NCBI GenBank assembly: GCA_963719275.1
Contig: CAVRBT010000015.1
Location: 110,396-174,395 of the forward strand
Source: an uncultured Actinomycetes bacterium
GTDB lineage: Bacteria; Actinomycetota; Thermoleophilia; Gaiellales; Gaiellaceae
Direction: 5' to 3'
DNA: 64,000 bases
This document shows, in pieces, positions 36,937-47,380 of the stretch. Position 1 is the stretch's first letter. Each line of letters starts with the position of its first letter. The notes beneath the pieces were generated by a model. The model did no database searches. It saw only the letters and a program-made list of their open reading frames with translations, and was not told the origin of the DNA. The translations under genes and the position numbers were made by a program.

Positions 36937-37009
36937 TGCGCCCGGCATGATTCGAACATGCGACCTCTGCCTCCGCAGGGCAGCGCTCTATCCCCTGAGC
37001 TACGGGCGC
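36937..37009 (-). tRNA. tRNA-Arg, anticodon read as GCG
   Basis: The reverse complement is GCGCCCGTAGCTCAGGGGATAGAGCGCTGCCCTGCGGAGGCAGAGGTCGCATGTTCGAATCATGCCGGGCGCA. It folds as a cloverleaf: 7-bp acceptor, D stem GCTC/GAGC, anticodon stem CTGCC/GGCAG with loop CTGCGGA, and T stem GCATG/CATGC with loop TTCGAAT. No CCA is encoded. Confidence 0.85.
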
Positions 37010-37779
37010 GGGGGGATCAAGTGTAGCCGCGCCTCGGCGCCGCCGATCTGCAGGACGGCGTCGTCCGGGACCTCGCGCCTGACGTACCCGAGTGCGCGGC
37101 CGGGGACCGCGCTCGTGATGCGGCCGACGGCCTTCTCACCGAGGTGGATCCCGTCGCCGGGGCTCGCCTCCTCGACCTCGAGCACGCGCAGACGGCGGTT
37201 CGGGCGGCCGCGGTAGTGAAGGCGCGCAATCGGCTCCTGGCCCGGGTAGCAGCCCTTCGTGAAGGAGACGTGCGTGTCGTCGAGCCCGGCTTCCGCGGGA
37301 AGAATCGTTTCGTCCAGCTCCTTGCCCCAGGCGGGGGTCCCGGCCTCGATACGGAGCGGCTCGAGCTCCTGCGGGTCCGCGGCATCGAGCTCCTCTTCGC
37401 CCCACGACTCCCACGCCTCGATTCCGAAGTCCTCGTTGCGGATCCCTTCGCCCTCACCGAGGCGGAGGTAGCCGCGATACGGCTTGACCTCGATCTCGCA
37501 CCTCGCCGCAAACCGCGCGCGCAGTAGCGTCGCGGCAACCGTCCGGGCGAGATCGCTCTCTGTCAGCAGCAGGAACGCGTCGGGCCCCTCGCGCACGACG
37601 CGAAGCGGCGCGATGATGCGGCTCTTCGGCGTCAGCAGCAGCGCCGGCCGAGCCTCGCCCGCCACGAGCGAGACGACCTCGTTGGAGAGCATCCGCTCGA
37701 GGAAGTCGGCCGCCTCGGGGCCCGTGACGGCCACGTAGCCACGGTCGAGCCGGTAGACGATGTTGGTCGCCGTCTCCAT
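37000..37779 (-). CDS. YgfZ/GcvT-like folate-binding protein
   Basis: ATG at 37779 (METATNIVYRLDRGYVAVTGPEAADFLERM...) inside ORF 37000..38247. The signature KGCYPGQE is present. The last 3 codons and the stop overlap the tRNA 5' end. Confidence 0.8.
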   Translation of the reverse strand: METATNIVYRLDRGYVAVTGPEAADFLERMLSNEVVSLVAGEARPALLLTPKSRIIAPLRVVREGPDAFLLLTESDLARTVAATLLRARFAARCEIEVKPYRGYLRLGEGEGIRNEDFGIEAWESWGEEELDAADPQELEPLRIEAGTPAWGKELDETILPAEAGLDDTHVSFTKGCYPGQEPIARLHYRGRPNRRLRVLEVEEASPGDGIHLGEKAVGRITSAVPGRALGYVRREVPDDAVLQIGGAEARLHLIPPRP

Positions 37780-37875
37780 GCGAATCAGTGTAGGGGCGGG
37801 CACGCGGGCGACCTCCGCACGATCGCCGGCCGGGACGTACCATCCGGCTCCTGTTACCTCTGGGGAGGAGGAAAC

Positions 37876-39600
37876 ATGCGGCAGATTCTCCCCGCCGTGC
37901 CGCTGGTGGCGGCGATGGCCCTCGTTCTGGCGGGGTTTGCAGGGGCGACGAACCCTGACACCCTGGTCAACGTCGGTAGCCCGCCCTCGCCGTTCGCGCA
38001 GAACAAGCAGAACGAGCCTGCGCTGGCGGTCGACGCGAACCATCCGAACGTCCTCGCCGCGGGAGCAAACGACGAGATCGATATCGAGGCCTGCAACGCG
38101 GGCGACCCGACCACGTGCCCGTTCACGCCGGGCATCGGCACCTCGGGTGTCTACTTCTCGTTCGACTCCGGCACGACTTGGACGCAACCGACCTACACGG
38201 GCCTCACCGCGCGTGACTGTCTCGGCCCGGCGCCGTGCACTCCGCATGTCGGGCCGATCGGCACGCTGCCCGGGTACTTCGAGAACGGCCTCGTCTCGGA
38301 CGGCGACCCGGCGGTCGCGTTCGGCCCGACCCCGGGCGTGGGCGGGTTCAGCTGGGACAACGGCTCGCGGCTGTATTACGCGAACCTGACCTCGGGCTCG
38401 GCGCTGAAAGGCTTCGAGGGGATCGGCGTCTCGCGTACGGACAACGTCCGGGCCGCGGCTGCCGGGGACCAGGCGGCGTGGATGCCGCCCGCTGTTATTT
38501 CGAAGCAGTCGTCTGCCACCTTCGCGGACAAGGAGCAGATCTGGGCCGACAACGCGTCGTCGAGCTCGTTCTTCGGCAACGTCTATGTCTGCTGGGAGAA
38601 CTTCGTCGGCAACGGAGCTGGAGCGCTCGTCGTCGCGAGATCGACTGACGGGGGCGATTCATGGAGCCAGAAGCAGGTGACGCCGGCGCACGCGGTTCCG
38701 CCAAAGCTGTGGGGCCAGTCCGGCTGCACGATCAGGACCGACTCCGACGGCACCGTCTACGTCTTCTACGAGCAGTTCCAATCGCCGTTCACGTTCCTGC
38801 CGCCTCAAGGCACGCACATGCTCGTCAAGTCGTTCGACGGCGGGCAGAGCTGGACGCGGCCGCTGTCCCTGTACGGGATCACCGATCCGTGCTTCAGGTT
38901 CAGCAATGACGGCGCCGGCGACCGCTGCGTCGAAGACGGCCTGGCGGGAGCCCGCAACGACCTGTCGGCCTCACCGAGCGTCAGCATCGCCAACGGCGCG
39001 CCGACGGGAGCTGGAGCCACGAACGAGATCCTCAACGCGTGGGCCGACGGACGCGACGGCCTTAACCACGAGCACGTGCTGTTCTCGTCCTCGAGCGAGG
39101 GCGGGGATCCCGGCACGTGGTCGGAGCCGAGGCCAATCGAGACATCCGGAGACCGCGGCTACTACGCAACACCGGCGATCTCGCCCGACGGCTCCACCGT
39201 CTACGTCGTCTATAACGCGTTCACGACCCCGTTCAGGGAAGACACGTCAGCTCCGCGCGGCCTCGTCGGCGTCGTGAAGCGGGCATCCGTCTCGGGCGAC
39301 GGGACCGTCGGCGCCTTCTCCGACGTCCACCGAGGCGTACCTGGCGACCCGCGGGGCTCGAGCCAGAACAACCTCGTAATGGAGTTCCTCGGCGACTACG
39401 TCTACGCAATCGCCACGAACACCTACGGGGCAGCCGTCTGGAACGACGTCAGCGCCGCGGCCGACTGCCCGGCGATCGACGCGTACCGGCAGTCCTTCCA
39501 GACAGGTGGCTCGCTGCCGGCGCCGGCGGTCCAGTCCGTCTGTCCGGCGACGTTCGGCAACAGCGACATCCGCGGCGGCTCGTACCCGACGCCGGGGTAA
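37876..39600 (+). CDS. secreted Asp-box (BNR) beta-propeller protein, sialidase-like fold
   Basis: ORF 37876..39600. Signal peptide present. QNKQNEPALAVD...AAGANDEID and Asp-boxes SFDSGTTW, STDGGDSW, SFDGGQSW. Paralogue of the next gene. Confidence 0.85.
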   Translation: MRQILPAVPLVAAMALVLAGFAGATNPDTLVNVGSPPSPFAQNKQNEPALAVDANHPNVLAAGANDEIDIEACNAGDPTTCPFTPGIGTSGVYFSFDSGTTWTQPTYTGLTARDCLGPAPCTPHVGPIGTLPGYFENGLVSDGDPAVAFGPTPGVGGFSWDNGSRLYYANLTSGSALKGFEGIGVSRTDNVRAAAAGDQAAWMPPAVISKQSSATFADKEQIWADNASSSSFFGNVYVCWENFVGNGAGALVVARSTDGGDSWSQKQVTPAHAVPPKLWGQSGCTIRTDSDGTVYVFYEQFQSPFTFLPPQGTHMLVKSFDGGQSWTRPLSLYGITDPCFRFSNDGAGDRCVEDGLAGARNDLSASPSVSIANGAPTGAGATNEILNAWADGRDGLNHEHVLFSSSSEGGDPGTWSEPRPIETSGDRGYYATPAISPDGSTVYVVYNAFTTPFREDTSAPRGLVGVVKRASVSGDGTVGAFSDVHRGVPGDPRGSSQNNLVMEFLGDYVYAIATNTYGAAVWNDVSAAADCPAIDAYRQSFQTGGSLPAPAVQSVCPATFGNSDIRGGSYPTPG

Positions 39601-39719
39601 GCGCACCAGCGGAAGCTGGGGGGCGTCCTCGGGGCGCCCCCCGATGCCGCTCTCGCGGCGTTGGGCGAACAGGGTTAGTATCCAGCCGTCTATCACCTTT
39701 CTGGGGAGGAGGGGGGATC

Positions 39720-41516
39720 ATGCGCAACGTCCTGCGCGCCCTACCGCTGGTCGCGGTAGCGGCGCTCGTGGTGACCGCGGTCGCGGGCGCGTTCAATCCG
39801 GACACGCGCGTCACGGTCGGCAACGTCGGCTCGCCGTTCCCGCAGAACAAGCAGAACGAACCGGCCGTGGCGATCAACCCGGCGGTGCCGACGATCGTCG
39901 CCGCCGGAGCCAACGACGAGATCGACCTCGAAGCCTGCAACAACCGCACCGACGTCACCTGTCCGTTCACGTTCGGCGTCGGCACCTCGGGGATCTACTT
40001 CTCGAACGACAGCGGCACGACGTGGTCACAGCCGACGTACACCGGCCTCTCGGCACGCAATTGCCTCGGCCTCGTCGGCACGTCCGCGAGCCCGGCTGAC
40101 AACTGCGACCCGAGCCCGGGCCCGATCGGCACGCTGCCGCGCTACTTCGAGAACAACCTAATCTCGGACGGCGATCCGGCAGTCGGCTTCGGCCCGCTGC
40201 CCGGGCCCGGCGGGTCGTTCTCCTGGACGAACGGCTGGCGGCTCTACTACGCGAACATCACCTCGAGCCTCGGGCCGAGCCCGCTGAAGGGCTTCGAGGG
40301 CGTCGGGGTCTCACGTCTCGACAGCACCAACTACGCGGCTGCACAGGCAGGGGTCAATACCGCCTGGCACGCGCCAGTGATCGCGACGAAGCAGAACTCG
40401 GCGCTGTTCTCGGATCACGAGATGCTCGCCGTCGACGACGCGTCGTCCAGCCCGCTGTTCGGCAACGTCTATGTCTGCGACGCGGCGTTCCGCGGCACCG
40501 CCGAGTTCATCGGCAAGGGGAACGCCGCGCCGGAGCCGATCGTCGTCAGCTACTCGTCGGACGGCGGCGACACCTGGGGCCACACGCAGCTCTCGCAGTC
40601 GGTCAACAACGGCCAGATCGGTGGTCGGCAGGACTGCGCCGTCAACACCGACAGCCGGGGACGGGTCTACGTCTTCTGGGACGGAACTGACCCGTTGACC
40701 CGGACGCTCGCCATCTTCATGACGGTCTCCTCCGACGGCGGCAAGCACTTCACGCGTCCGGCGTCGGTCGTCACCCACATCGTGTCCGCGGGCATCGTCG
40801 ACGCCATCGGCGACCTCACGTTCGATGGGCAGGCGGGGGCGCGGGACGGCTCGTTCCCGACCGTCGACATCGCCAACGGCGCGCCGACCGGAGCGGGCGC
40901 GACCGACGAGATCGTGCTCGCGTGGACGCAGGGTCCGACCCCGACCAACGTGAGCCCGGGTCCGAACGAGGAGGTCCATGTCTTGAGGTCGACGAACGGC
41001 GGCAGCACGTGGACGGGCCCGATCGTGGCCTCGCCGCCGAGCGACCGACCGGATTTCCCGGCGATCGCGATCTCGCCTGACGGCACGGACGTCTACCTGA
41101 CGTACATGGCGTTCCTGCAGCCATGGCAGACGACCAACGCCGTGCCGCGCCTGTTCCAGGGCATCGTGCGGCACGCGGACGTGAGTCCTGGGACGGGTGC
41201 TATCGGTGCATGGACGGACCTCCACCGGGCGCCCGTGGGCGACGCGAGGGGCTCCAGCGCGAACGCGCTCATCGACGAGTTCCTCGGCGACTACAACTAC
41301 GTCTTCGCGACGAACGACTACGCCGTGGCGACGTGGAACGACGCCCGCGACGCAGCCGACTGCCCGGCGATCGACGCATACCGGCAGGCGGTCGTGGACG
41401 GCACAGCGGCGGGCGATGCAACCGACCCGAACCGCCCCGCGCCGCAGCAGGACTGCCCGGCGACGTTCGGCAACACCGACATCTTCGGCGGCTCGTACCC
41501 GGATCCCACTCCGTAG
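39720..41516 (+). CDS. secreted Asp-box (BNR) beta-propeller protein, sialidase-like fold
   Basis: ORF 39720..41516. It shares N-terminal architecture with 37876..39600 (QNKQNEPAVAIN...AAGANDEID). Asp-boxes: SNDSGTTW, SSDGGDTW, SSDGGKHF, STNGGSTW. Confidence 0.85.
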   Translation: MRNVLRALPLVAVAALVVTAVAGAFNPDTRVTVGNVGSPFPQNKQNEPAVAINPAVPTIVAAGANDEIDLEACNNRTDVTCPFTFGVGTSGIYFSNDSGTTWSQPTYTGLSARNCLGLVGTSASPADNCDPSPGPIGTLPRYFENNLISDGDPAVGFGPLPGPGGSFSWTNGWRLYYANITSSLGPSPLKGFEGVGVSRLDSTNYAAAQAGVNTAWHAPVIATKQNSALFSDHEMLAVDDASSSPLFGNVYVCDAAFRGTAEFIGKGNAAPEPIVVSYSSDGGDTWGHTQLSQSVNNGQIGGRQDCAVNTDSRGRVYVFWDGTDPLTRTLAIFMTVSSDGGKHFTRPASVVTHIVSAGIVDAIGDLTFDGQAGARDGSFPTVDIANGAPTGAGATDEIVLAWTQGPTPTNVSPGPNEEVHVLRSTNGGSTWTGPIVASPPSDRPDFPAIAISPDGTDVYLTYMAFLQPWQTTNAVPRLFQGIVRHADVSPGTGAIGAWTDLHRAPVGDARGSSANALIDEFLGDYNYVFATNDYAVATWNDARDAADCPAIDAYRQAVVDGTAAGDATDPNRPAPQQDCPATFGNTDIFGGSYPDPTP

Positions 41517-41536
41517 CGAGAGCCGAACCTGACTTC

Positions 41537-41566
41537 GAGGGGCGCCTACGGGCGCCCCTCGTTTTC
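41537..41566 (+). terminator. intrinsic terminator (GAGGGGCGCC-TAC-GGGCGCCCCTC + GTTTT)
   Basis: GC-rich hairpin followed by a T run, 20 nt after the TAG at 41514-41516. Confidence 0.6.
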
Positions 41567-41714
41567 ACTCGAACGGGGGAGCGAGCCGCCGTGGCGGCCG
41601 CCGATATTCATCGCGACCCACCTCCCCATCCCCCTCGTACGAAACGGCCCTTGGGCCGTTTCGTCGTTAAGGGGCAAAGGCCGACGCCACCCGCCGGCCT
41701 TCTCCTTCGAACGG

Positions 41715-41738
41715 TGACTGTCACTGTGACTGTCACTG
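41715..41738. repeat. two units of TGACTGTCACTG (same 12-mer family as 1161-1232)
   Basis: Read directly. It lies in the hairpin-rich 3' region of groEL. Confidence 0.7.
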
Positions 41739-41744
41739 TTTCTC

Positions 41745-41784
41745 CTTTGAAAAGCAGAAGGGCCGGCTTGGCCGGCCCTTCTGC
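41745..41784 (-). terminator. intrinsic terminator of groEL (14-bp stem GCAGAAGGGCCGGC/GCCGGCCCTTCTGC, then TTTTC on the minus strand)
   Basis: Perfect inverted repeat at 41754-41784 with a U-tract at 41745-41753 in minus sense. It lies 54 nt after the groEL stop. Confidence 0.7.
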
Positions 41785-41837
41785 TGTGGACCCTAGCGAG
41801 GGGGTCAACGAGGGAAACCGGGTTTCCCCCATGCGAC

Positions 41838-43460
<1,623 letters not shown>

Positions 43461-43485
43461 CTAGTTCCTCCTTCGGCCGCGCGCG

Positions 43486-43827
43486 CTATGCAGTCGCGCC
43501 GGCCATCTCCTTCTTCTTCTTCGAGCCCTTCGAGCCGCCGCCCACGACCTTGGCCAGGACGTCGGTCTCCCGCAGCACGAGCACGTCGTCGGTGCCGAGC
43601 TTGATCTCCGTGCCGCCGTACTTGGAGAAGATGATCTCGTCGCCCTCGGCGACGTCCATCGGCACGAGCTCGCCCTTGTCGTTGCGGGCGCCCGGGCCGA
43701 CCGCCAGCACGCGGCCGCGCTGCGGCTTCTCCTTGGCGGTGTCGGGCAGGACGATGCCGCTCGCCGTCGTCTCCTCGTCCTCGAGGGCTTCGACGATCAG
43801 GCGGTCGCCCAGTGGCTGTAGGTTCAT
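43486..43827 (-). CDS. groES: co-chaperonin GroES with ~19-aa Gly/Ser/Lys-rich C-terminal extension
   Basis: ATG at 43827 ([46 protein letters not shown]...) inside ORF 43486..44292. SD AAGGAGGGG upstream. The protein ends ...[24 protein letters not shown]. Confidence 0.92.
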   Translation of the reverse strand: MNLQPLGDRLIVEALEDEETTASGIVLPDTAKEKPQRGRVLAVGPGARNDKGELVPMDVAEGDEIIFSKYGGTEIKLGTDDVLVLRETDVLAKVVGGGSKGSKKKKEMAGATA

Positions 43828-43865
43828 CCAGCCCCTCCTTCGGTGTAGCGACTTTGTGACAGGGT

Positions 43866-43892
43866 CTGGCACTCTCGTTGTCGGAGTGCCAG
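43866..43892. promoter_or_regulatory. CIRCE-like HrcA operator variant CTGGCACTC-N9-GAGTGCCAG
   Basis: Perfect 9-bp inverted repeat with a 9-nt spacer, 39 nt upstream of the groES ATG. Canonical CIRCE is TTAGCACTC-N9-GAGTGCTAA. Confidence 0.75.
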
Positions 43893-43896
43893 GGCA

Positions 43897-43925
43897 GTTT
43901 ATCGCTTCCGGTGAGAGTCGTGCAA
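43897..43925 (-). promoter_or_regulatory. candidate groES promoter TTGCAC-N17-ATAAAC
   Basis: The hexamers were read on the minus strand at 43925-43920 and 43902-43897, immediately upstream of the CIRCE-like repeat. Confidence 0.4.
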
Positions 43926-43941
43926 AGGACGGTCGCTCGGC

Positions 43942-44403
43942 GTGCGTGCGTCTGTTACAAACGCGGGAGTGAAGCGGGAGTTCTCCGCGGGTGGTGTCCT
44001 CGTTCGACGCCTGCGCGGCGAGTGGGTCTTCGCCGCGATCCGACCGGCGGGCAAGCCGGAGGGTCTCTGGGCGCTGCCGAAGGGACGTATCGACCGCGGC
44101 GAGTCCGCCGAGGCGACCGCGCTGCGCGAGGTCGCGGAGGAGACCGGCGCCGAGGGCACGTCCTTCGGCAAGCTCGGCGACATCCGCTACGTCTTCACCT
44201 GGAGCGGGGAGCGGGTCTTCAAGGTCGTGAGCTTCTACCTCGTCCGCTACTCGCGCGGCCGTCTCGGCGACCTGCCGCCCGCGACGGCGCACGAGGTCGC
44301 CGAGGTGCGGTGGCTCCTGCTCGCCGAAGGGCCGCGCCTGCTCGCGTACAAGGGCGAGCGGGAGATGGCGGCGAAGGCGCTCGAGGCCGTGAGGGCACTA
44401 TGA
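43942..44403 (+). CDS. NUDIX hydrolase
   Basis: ORF 43942..44403. Nudix box [25 protein letters not shown]. An alternative in-frame GTG lies at 43969. Confidence 0.8.
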   Translation: MRASVTNAGVKREFSAGGVLVRRLRGEWVFAAIRPAGKPEGLWALPKGRIDRGESAEATALREVAEETGAEGTSFGKLGDIRYVFTWSGERVFKVVSFYLVRYSRGRLGDLPPATAHEVAEVRWLLLAEGPRLLAYKGEREMAAKALEAVRAL

Positions 44404-44416
44404 TCCCCCGCGCCTC

Positions 44417-44791
44417 GTGGCAGGAGACGACGACGCCGTGTATGCGCTCAACTTCTACTCGCCGATGGTGGCGGACCAGCTGCGCAGCGGCCGTAAGACG
44501 GCGACCATCCGCCTCGGCGACAAGTCCCGCAAGTACCGCAAGGGCATGATCGTCCAGGTGCTCGCGGGCACGCGCTTCAGCCCGCGGCAACGGATCTTCG
44601 ACGCGGTGATCGACAAGGTCGAGGTGAAGACGCTGCGCGACCTGTCGCCGCGCGAGATCGAGCACGACAACCCGGAGATCCGGCGGCCGGAGGAGATGGC
44701 GTCGTTCCTCGGCCAGCTCTACAACCGCGAGGTCGGCGACGACGACGTCGTCACGGTGATCCGGTTCTCCGAAATACGGCCTACGGCCTAA
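44417..44791 (+). CDS. ASCH-domain protein
   Basis: ORF 44417..44791. ...LRSGRKTATIRLGDKSRKYRKGMIVQV...IDKVEVKTLRDLSPREIEHDN is typical of the ASCH fold. The start may be the GTG at 44438. Confidence 0.65.
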   Translation: MAGDDDAVYALNFYSPMVADQLRSGRKTATIRLGDKSRKYRKGMIVQVLAGTRFSPRQRIFDAVIDKVEVKTLRDLSPREIEHDNPEIRRPEEMASFLGQLYNREVGDDDVVTVIRFSEIRPTA

Positions 44792-44862
44792 CCCGCGCAG
44801 ACTCCGGCCTTCGGCCTCCGCTGCACGCTGGCGAAACTCGCCGCGCTGCTCAGGTTCAGACT

Positions 44863-45762
44863 ATGGCGGTGCTGGTTCTGGCCCGGGAGCAGGTCGAGGC
44901 GCTGCTGGACGTCGACCTGCTGCTCGAGCGACTGGAGAGGGCCTTCGTGGAGCTGAGCGCTGGGCGCGCGTCGGTGCCGCCGCGGGTGGCAGCGTTCGCG
45001 CCCGACGGCCTGCTCGCCGCGATGCCGGGCTACGTCGACGGGGTGCTCGAGGCGAAGCTCGTCTCGGTCTTCCCGGGGCACGACCCGTCGCACCAGGCGC
45101 TGATCGCGGTCTTCGACGCCGCGACCGGGACGCCGAAGGCGATGATGGACGGGACGCACATCACCGCGGTGCGCACCGGGGCGAGCTCGGCGGTGGCGAC
45201 GCGGGCGCTGGCGCGGAAGGACGCTCGGGTCCTCGCCGTGCTCGGCGCCGGGGTGCAGGCACGGTCGCACCTCGATGCGGTGGGGCGCGTGCGGGAGTTC
45301 GAGGAGGTTCGGGTCGCCTCGCGGACGTTCGCGCACGCGCAGACGCTCGCCGGCGAGGTCGGGGCGGCGGCGGTCGAGTCATTCGAGGAGGCCGTGCGCG
45401 GGGCGGACGTCGTCTGTTGCTGCACGCACGCCTCGGAGCCGATCGTGCGTCGCGACTGGTTCGCCCCAGGCGCCCACGTCTGCTCGGTCGGCGCATCGCA
45501 GGAGGGGCCGGAGCTGGACGCCGAGACCGTGCGCGCGGGCCTGCTCTCCGTCGAGTCGCGCGTCGCCTTCGAGCCGCCGCCTGCCGGTGCGTTCGAGCTG
45601 CAGGGCCTTGATCGAGAGGCCGCCGTCGAGCTCGGCGAGGTGCTGAGCGGCGCGCGCGAGGGCCGCACGAGTGACGAGCAGATCACCGTCTACAAGTCGA
45701 TGGGCCACGCGGTCGAGGACGCGGCGGCGGCGGCGCTGGTGCTCGAACGCGCGGAGGCCTAG
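44863..45762 (+). CDS. ornithine cyclodeaminase/mu-crystallin family protein (second copy)
   Basis: ORF 44863..45762. Motifs: ITAVRTGASSAVATRALA and LGAGVQARSH. Confidence 0.8.
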   Translation: MAVLVLAREQVEALLDVDLLLERLERAFVELSAGRASVPPRVAAFAPDGLLAAMPGYVDGVLEAKLVSVFPGHDPSHQALIAVFDAATGTPKAMMDGTHITAVRTGASSAVATRALARKDARVLAVLGAGVQARSHLDAVGRVREFEEVRVASRTFAHAQTLAGEVGAAAVESFEEAVRGADVVCCCTHASEPIVRRDWFAPGAHVCSVGASQEGPELDAETVRAGLLSVESRVAFEPPPAGAFELQGLDREAAVELGEVLSGAREGRTSDEQITVYKSMGHAVEDAAAAALVLERAEA

Positions 45763-45777
45763 GGGCAGCCGAACCAA

Positions 45778-45907
45778 CCGGGGTCAGGTCTTGCCTTGCC
45801 GCAATTCTGCGCCGAAACCGCAATAGTTCGTCCCCGCGTCTGGAAGAAACGTGGCGCTTCTCTTCCATGGGTTCCGCAAGATGTGGCAGTGCAAGACCTG
45901 ACCCCGG
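45778..45907. mobile_element. MITE-like element, copy B (130 bp)
   Basis: CCGGGGTCAGGTCTTGCCTTGCCGCAATTC ... GATGTGGCAGTGCAAGACCTGACCCCGG. Same termini as copy A and a related first ~55 nt, but a divergent core. Confidence 0.55.
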
Positions 45908-45919
45908 GTTTGGCGCGGG

Positions 45920-46195
45920 CTAGCGCTCGCGGCGGATCTTGACGCCGAAGTGCTCCGGCGGGCGCAGCTCCGCGCCGCACTCCTCGCACTCGACCGCGAA
46001 CGCCGAGGCGAAGCGCGCACCGCAGCCCGGGCACCGCGACCGCAGCTCGCCGCCGCACTGCGGGCATTCGGCAGGCACCTCGTCCACGAACTCCTCGAAG
46101 TAGCGCTGCACGAAACCGCAGCCGAGGCAGAAGGCGACCCAGTCGCCGAGCGTCTTGCGCCGCTCCTCCTGCACCCAGTTCCGCGCTCTCCCCAC
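45920..46195 (-). CDS. small double zinc-ribbon protein
   Basis: ORF 45920..46195. Four CxxC pairs (CLGC, CPQC, CPGC, CEEC) and normal composition. Confidence 0.5.
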   Translation of the reverse strand: MGRARNWVQEERRKTLGDWVAFCLGCGFVQRYFEEFVDEVPAECPQCGGELRSRCPGCGARFASAFAVECEECGAELRPPEHFGVKIRRER

Positions 46196-46235
46196 AGGGC
46201 GACTGTAGCCAGACCGATCGCTAGAGTTCCGCGCG

Positions 46236-47282
46236 ATGGCGATCGCGCGTGAAGCCGGGCCCGTCGGCTCGCTGCAGGAAGTCAGGGAGGCAGGCCTCGA
46301 CCGCGAGGATCTGCTCGCCGTCTACCGCAACATGCTGATCACGCGCGGGATCGAGGAGCGCGGCCACATCCTCTACAAGCAGGGCAAGATCCCGGGCTCG
46401 TTCTACACGGGCCGCGGAAACGAGGCCGCGAGCGTCGGCGTCGCCACCGCGATGGGCTCTGAGGACGTCGGCACGCCGCTGCACCGCGACATGGGCGTCC
46501 ACGTGACGCGCGGCGTCGAGCCCTGGCGGATCTTCGCGCAGTACATGGGCCGCGCCGACGGGCCGACGAAGGGCAGGGACGGAAACGTCCACATGGCCGA
46601 CTCGAAGCTCGGGCTGCTGGCCATGGTCAGCCACCTGCCCGCGATGCTGCCGGTCGCGGTCGGCTGCGCACTCGCCTTCCGCATCCGCGAGGAGCACCGG
46701 GTCGCGGTCGGCTGGTTCGGCGAGGGCGCCTCCGCGCGCGGCGACACGCACGAGGCGATGAACCTGGCCGGTGTGCGCAAGCTCCCGGTCGTGTTCATCT
46801 GCGACAACAACCAGTGGGCGTACTCGACACCGACGTACCTCGAGTACGCGACCGAGCATGTTGCCGACCGCGCCGAGGCCTACGGCTTCGAGGGCGTGGT
46901 CGTCGACGGCAACGACGTGCTGGCCGTCTACCGCGAGGCCAAGCGCGCCATCGAGAAGGCGCGTGGCGGCGGCGGGCCGACGCTGCTCGAGTGCCTGACC
47001 CTCCGCATGGAGGGCCACGCCGTGCATGACGACGCCTTCTACGTCCCGAAGGACATGTTCGAGCGCTGGGCCGCGAACGACCCGATCGAGCGCTTCCGCA
47101 CCTGGCTGTTCGAGCACGCCGACCTGACGGGAGAGCAGGAGGATGAGATCTCCGCCGGCGTGAAGCGACTGCTGAACGACGCGCTGCAGCGCGCGGAGGA
47201 GTCGCCGCTGCCGGATCCGTCGTCGCTGCTCGACGGCGTCTTCGCGACTCCCGAGGATCTCGACACGCCGCACCACAAGTAA
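46236..47282 (+). CDS. 2-oxoacid dehydrogenase E1 component alpha subunit (TPP-dependent; pyruvate or branched-chain type)
   Basis: ORF 46236..47282. TPP motif: GEGASARGDTHEAMNLAGVRKLPVVFICDNNQWA. Confidence 0.9.
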   Translation: MAIAREAGPVGSLQEVREAGLDREDLLAVYRNMLITRGIEERGHILYKQGKIPGSFYTGRGNEAASVGVATAMGSEDVGTPLHRDMGVHVTRGVEPWRIFAQYMGRADGPTKGRDGNVHMADSKLGLLAMVSHLPAMLPVAVGCALAFRIREEHRVAVGWFGEGASARGDTHEAMNLAGVRKLPVVFICDNNQWAYSTPTYLEYATEHVADRAEAYGFEGVVVDGNDVLAVYREAKRAIEKARGGGGPTLLECLTLRMEGHAVHDDAFYVPKDMFERWAANDPIERFRTWLFEHADLTGEQEDEISAGVKRLLNDALQRAEESPLPDPSSLLDGVFATPEDLDTPHHK

Positions 47283-47347
47283 ATGGTTCCTCCGGCAACA
47301 ATCAGTGCGCCTCTCGCCCGCGATCTGTGTCGCGCTGCGGCGTCCTC

Positions 47348-47380
47348 GGAAGCCCCCGTGCTACCAGCACGCGGGCTTCC
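47348..47380. other. 15-bp stem-loop in the E1alpha-E1beta spacer
   Basis: GGAAGCCCCCGTGCT-ACC-AGCACGCGGGCTTCC, with one mismatch in 15 bp. Confidence 0.6.

Noticed and set aside
36366-36950. The 194-aa plus-strand ORF in the lower-GC island next to the tRNA.
   Set aside because: It is Ser/Arg/Pro-rich with no motifs. It overlaps the better-supported (though broken) minus-strand gene and runs into the tRNA gene.
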